NCBI GenBank assembly: GCA_002269645.1
Contig: NIVC01002215.1
Span: 1-64,000 of the forward strand
Direction of reading: 5' to 3'
DNA from: Macrostomum lignano
Lineage: Eukaryota
DNA length: 64,000 nucleotides
Position numbers and translations under genes: made by a program. A model generated the notes under the pieces. It made no database searches. It had not been told where the DNA came from and worked only from the letters and a program-made list of their open reading frames with translations. Positions within the stretch are counted from its first letter, which is position 1, and each line of letters opens with the position of its first letter. Below, in pieces: positions 61,020-64,000 of this stretch.

Positions 61020-61700
61020 ACTGCCCTCAGCCTCATCTGACTCTTAAGGGTAACGCATCGCGGAGACAAGCGCCGCCGCGCTGTCAACTGCCGCACCATC
61101 ACGCCGTTGGCTCTGCAGTCCCATCATCGACTCCTCGTCTGCAATTTTTGTCTTTGCGACTCTACGCTCGTACTACCTCACGCTTAGAGAAGCCGACATT
61201 CACAGTCGTTTTGCCAGCGCTTTCACCACTGCGCTCTGCGGTAACCGTGAAGGTGCTCGAGTACGTGGACGTGTGAGCTCCCCGAGAACGACCCCGCATT
61301 TCGGCAAGCGAAGGAAAAGCTTGAGGGGCTCCGTTTGACCAGGCGACCAACCCACGGGGGACAGGAACCCATGGCAGCTGTTTATCTGCAGCGCCAGCCG
61401 GCTGTTTTTGACTACGTCATTCGGACCATTTCTGCCGCTGAACCCGATGCCAGAGGTCGCGTGGCCTGGTCAGCTATCAACGCTCTAACGGAGTGAAAGA
61501 GGCGTCTTCCACTAAACCTGCATGGCAGGCGACTCTGCAGACGAGCGCAGGAGCTGCGTGAGTTTCTCCTCGCCTCGCCGCCATTCCCACTGTCAGACAA
61601 TCCGACGCTACCGGCGGAGACGCCTTTCCCGGAAGAGGAGAGTTTTAGCGTTGTACCAGTCAGAAGAGCCGACGTTGTGAGGCGTCCAACAGTCACTGGT
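61020..61700 (+). mobile_element. Decayed LINE ORF2 fragment (end of APE domain plus linker)
   Basis: SHHRLLVCNF (SDHRL-like APE end, about 61118-61145) followed by linker-like RVAWSAINAL...ELREFL...PTLPAETPFPEEESFSVVPV. Stops and frameshifts are present. Confidence 0.5.
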
Positions 61701-61811
61701 CGGGCAAGCGCTGGGTCCGGACGAGGTGCCATTGCGCATAGCGCATACAGCATTGCGCATACATTGTGTGGCCAGTGACTTATAAAATAAAGACCCTGAC
61801 TGTGTATTTTG

Positions 61812-61851
61812 TCGTTGTTGTTGTTGTTTTTGCTGCTGCTGCTGCTTCGTG

Positions 61852-61897
<46 letters not shown>

Positions 61898-62146
61898 GAC
61901 TGCGGACCGAGCTTGAAATAACCGGACCAGGTGCCAAACCCCTACCGCTGACAGAGCCAGCGACAAAGGCTAAGCACAGAGGGCCGGACCGAGCCACACT
62001 CACCGCCCCTGAGCCAGGAGCGGTGACCGATTCCCGGCGCTCTTCGCCGCCCGAAGAAAGGGCGTTGCCTCCCCCCCGCGACAAAGACGCGGCGCCGGAT
62101 AGGGCCTGCTGGTTACCCAGCAGGCTGGGAGTAAATCCCAGGGGGT
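61812..62146 (-). mobile_element. Short non-autonomous retroelement (SINE/SIDE-like): ~250-nt GC-rich structured body plus (CAA)n tail
   Basis: Body 62146-61899 with several strong hairpins, and a (CAA/CAG)n tail at 61898-61812. No ORF. A (CAA)n run also lies immediately 5' of it. Confidence 0.7.
62034..62146 (-). ncRNA. HDV-like self-cleaving ribozyme (predicted)
   Basis: On the - strand: P1 ACCCCCU (62146-62140) with GGGGGGG (62077-62071); P2 CCGGCGCC (62098-62091) with G[A]GCGCCGG (62042-62034); P3 GCG/CGC closing L3 UCUUUGU; P1.1 C-G and U-A; J1.1/4 GCAAC; P4 CGCCC/GGGCG; J4/2 G-C-G-A-A with putative catalytic C at 62046; GUAA-capped 8-bp hairpin in J1/2. Confidence 0.7.
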
Positions 62147-62440
62147 GTTGTTGTTGTTGTTGCTGTTGTTGTTGCTGCAGCTGCTGTTGTGTGTGTTGCG
62201 TGTGTGCCTAGCAATTCCGAGAAGCTACTAGTGACTTCCATTCAAGCGGATCATCCTCCAGAAATTAAACACGTTCTCAGGTCTCCTGCAAAAATCTCGC
62301 ATCTCATGCAGGTCCAGCTTCTCCTGAAGGCTGCGCGTGGCGGGGCACTCCATGACATGCTCCAACGTCTCGGCACCATCCCTCCTCTTGCCTACCAATG
62401 CGCTTCCTGAACTCCGCCAGATTAAAAGGGTGGCCACTCC
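62147..62440 (-). mobile_element. 5'-truncated LINE 3' end with (CAA)n tail
   Basis: GHPFNLAEFRKRIGRQEEGWCR, then a frameshift, then ETLEHVMECPA...PENVFNFWR*. This is the CCHC-knuckle C-terminus typical of I/R1-group ORF2, followed by a CAA/CAG-rich tail (about 62190-62146). Confidence 0.65.
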
Positions 62441-62494
62441 TGCTGTTGCTGTTGTTGATGCTTTTTGTTAGTCTAGGAAAACTGAGTCAAGTCA

Positions 62495-62757
62495 TGTTTG
62501 CAAGCGAAGGAGAATACAATTGAAAGATCTCTACCGAAGTGACGAAAGTATTTATTTGACTACATAACACGAAACCACGTACATTAGTAGACAAACGCCA
62601 TCCGATTGGCTGGGGGTTAAAACCATGCACACTGGCGAGCACAAATGTACACAGGTAGGGGTAAAACGATAGCGCGCAAGAATTATCAGTCACGGGAGAG
62701 AGAGAGAGAGAGAGAGACAAGTGAAACAACATGAAAAACCAAAGTACAACCCCAACA
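62495..62757 (-). mobile_element. 3' LTR of gypsy element (263 bp)
   Basis: Starts TGTTG directly after the polypurine tract GGGGGAAGCAG (62768-62758), contains AATAAA (about 62556-62551) and a (TC)n run, and ends ...AAACA. Confidence 0.75.
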
Positions 62758-62810
62758 CTGCTTCCCCCAAAAGCAGCAAAACAAAAAACAAAAGAAACCA
62801 AGACCTGTCC

Positions 62811-64000
62811 TTAGACCTTATAACAAACAGGTTTACGAGGCCGCAAATCATACGAGCTTTGGGGCTGGAGAGTCTCATCTCCAGAACTCAGCGGGGAGTC
62901 ACAGTCAGTCACCTCAGGTTCACGCAGCTCCGAGTCAGAGCCAGCCTTGGCACCCTGAATCGATAGCCCAGCCTGATCCTCGGATCCAGCCGCCTCGGTC
63001 AGCCGCCGATCGGCCTCCGCCTCCGGGCGGCAGCTCCATTGGTTTGCGTGCGCCATCCGCAGTCCACCGTCTGGTAGGTCAGCTGAGGTCACCAGAGCTG
63101 TGTTCCGGCCGTGCTGCACGATGAACTTGGCCGGAACCGGAGCCGTGCCAGGCCGTGCCGGCGTCCCCACATGAGAATGTCCGGCGAGCTGGAACGATTC
63201 CCGCTAGGCCTGCTGGTGCGAATGGTTAGGAGCAATTTCTGCAGGAACTGGTCAAATGGGACCACTTTCGTCCACGTCTTCAGCCCGCCTTTGAGACTCC
63301 TCGCCAACCGCTCAGCCTGCCCGTTCGATGCCGGATGGTACGGTGGGGTGTGCATCTCCTGGCAGCCGACACTGTTCAGCCACTGCGAGACTCTTTCCGA
63401 CCTGAACTCGGGCGCATTATCCGACACTAGCGTCCGAGGCACTCCATTTCTGGCGAACACCGCTCTCAGCACTCTCAGCACACTGCCCGCAGACCTGTCT
63501 GGGACCTGGACAGCTTCTGGCCAACCCGAGTATGCATCAGACAGCAACAGTAGCAAGCCCACTCCTGGCACCTCACAGTGGTCCATGTGGACCCGGGACC
63601 ACGGCTCGCTCTCGGATGGCCAGATGTCAATTTTCCGCTGAACCACCGGCCGTCTTTCAGCGCACAGCTGACACCGCTCAACAAACTGACGGACATCGCG
63701 ATCCAGTCCAGGCCACCAGAACTCCTTAGACACATGGGCCTTCGTATTTTCCGCGCTCGGGTGCACCTCATCATGCGCGGTCTCCACAATGCGCCGCCGG
63801 AGAATGGTCGGAGGCACCACCCTGGTACCGTGGATGACCAGCCCGTTCTCCACAGACAACGCTTCCCGACACGCTTTGTACGGCCGCTCCAGCTGAGAGA
63901 CCTGACCCCACCGGCCTGTCCTGATTCTCTGCTGGAGTCTTTGAAGCAGTGAACACCGGGAAGTACTTTCTCTCAGCTCCTCCACGGTAACCAAGCCTCC
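62811..64000 (-). mobile_element. Ty3/gypsy pol 3' part (integrase); runs off the window end
   Basis: HHCC finger (AHDEVHP...CQLC), D-D-E core (VHMDH, LVSDNAPEF, SNGQAER) and FWWPGL motif. A frameshift after LMWGRR leads to the C-terminal tail ending YDLRPRKPVCYKV* at 62811. Confidence 0.93.

Noticed and set aside
61412-62211. Poly-Asn, poly-Gln and poly-Cys ORFs
   Set aside because: These are translations of (CAA)n/(CAG)n retroelement tails.

Overview
Eukaryotic (animal) genomic DNA with AT-rich intergenic DNA, GC3-rich spliced genes and many minisatellites and transposon remnants. The overall style suggests a flatworm such as Macrostomum, which is an inference and not proven from the sequence. 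Genes supported by manual splice-site reconstruction: a histone H3.3-like gene with I89V (7532-7942, -); a small Lys/Ala-rich basic ORF just upstream whose N-terminus resembles the H3 tail (8804-8977, -); a SEPT6-group septin (6 visible exons, 15685-19497, -) carrying a selenocysteine tRNA gene antisense in one intron (17692-17778, +); a three-KH PCBP/mub-type RNA-binding protein (10 exons including 24- and 33-nt micro-exons, 40988-50293, +); and two tandem secreted S1 serine proteases (53074-53854 and 59132-59926, -) that share the unusual signature of schistosome cercarial elastase. Mobile DNA includes many MITEs with clean target-site duplications, a four-level nested DNA-transposon stack (29760-33004), LINE, Penelope and gypsy remnants, and a ~335-nt (CAA)n-tailed retroelement whose 5' end folds as an HDV-like self-cleaving ribozyme (62034-62146, -). 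No CRISPR array or rRNA is present. All alignments and folds were done by eye, and reference sequences were recalled from memory, so they need computational confirmation.
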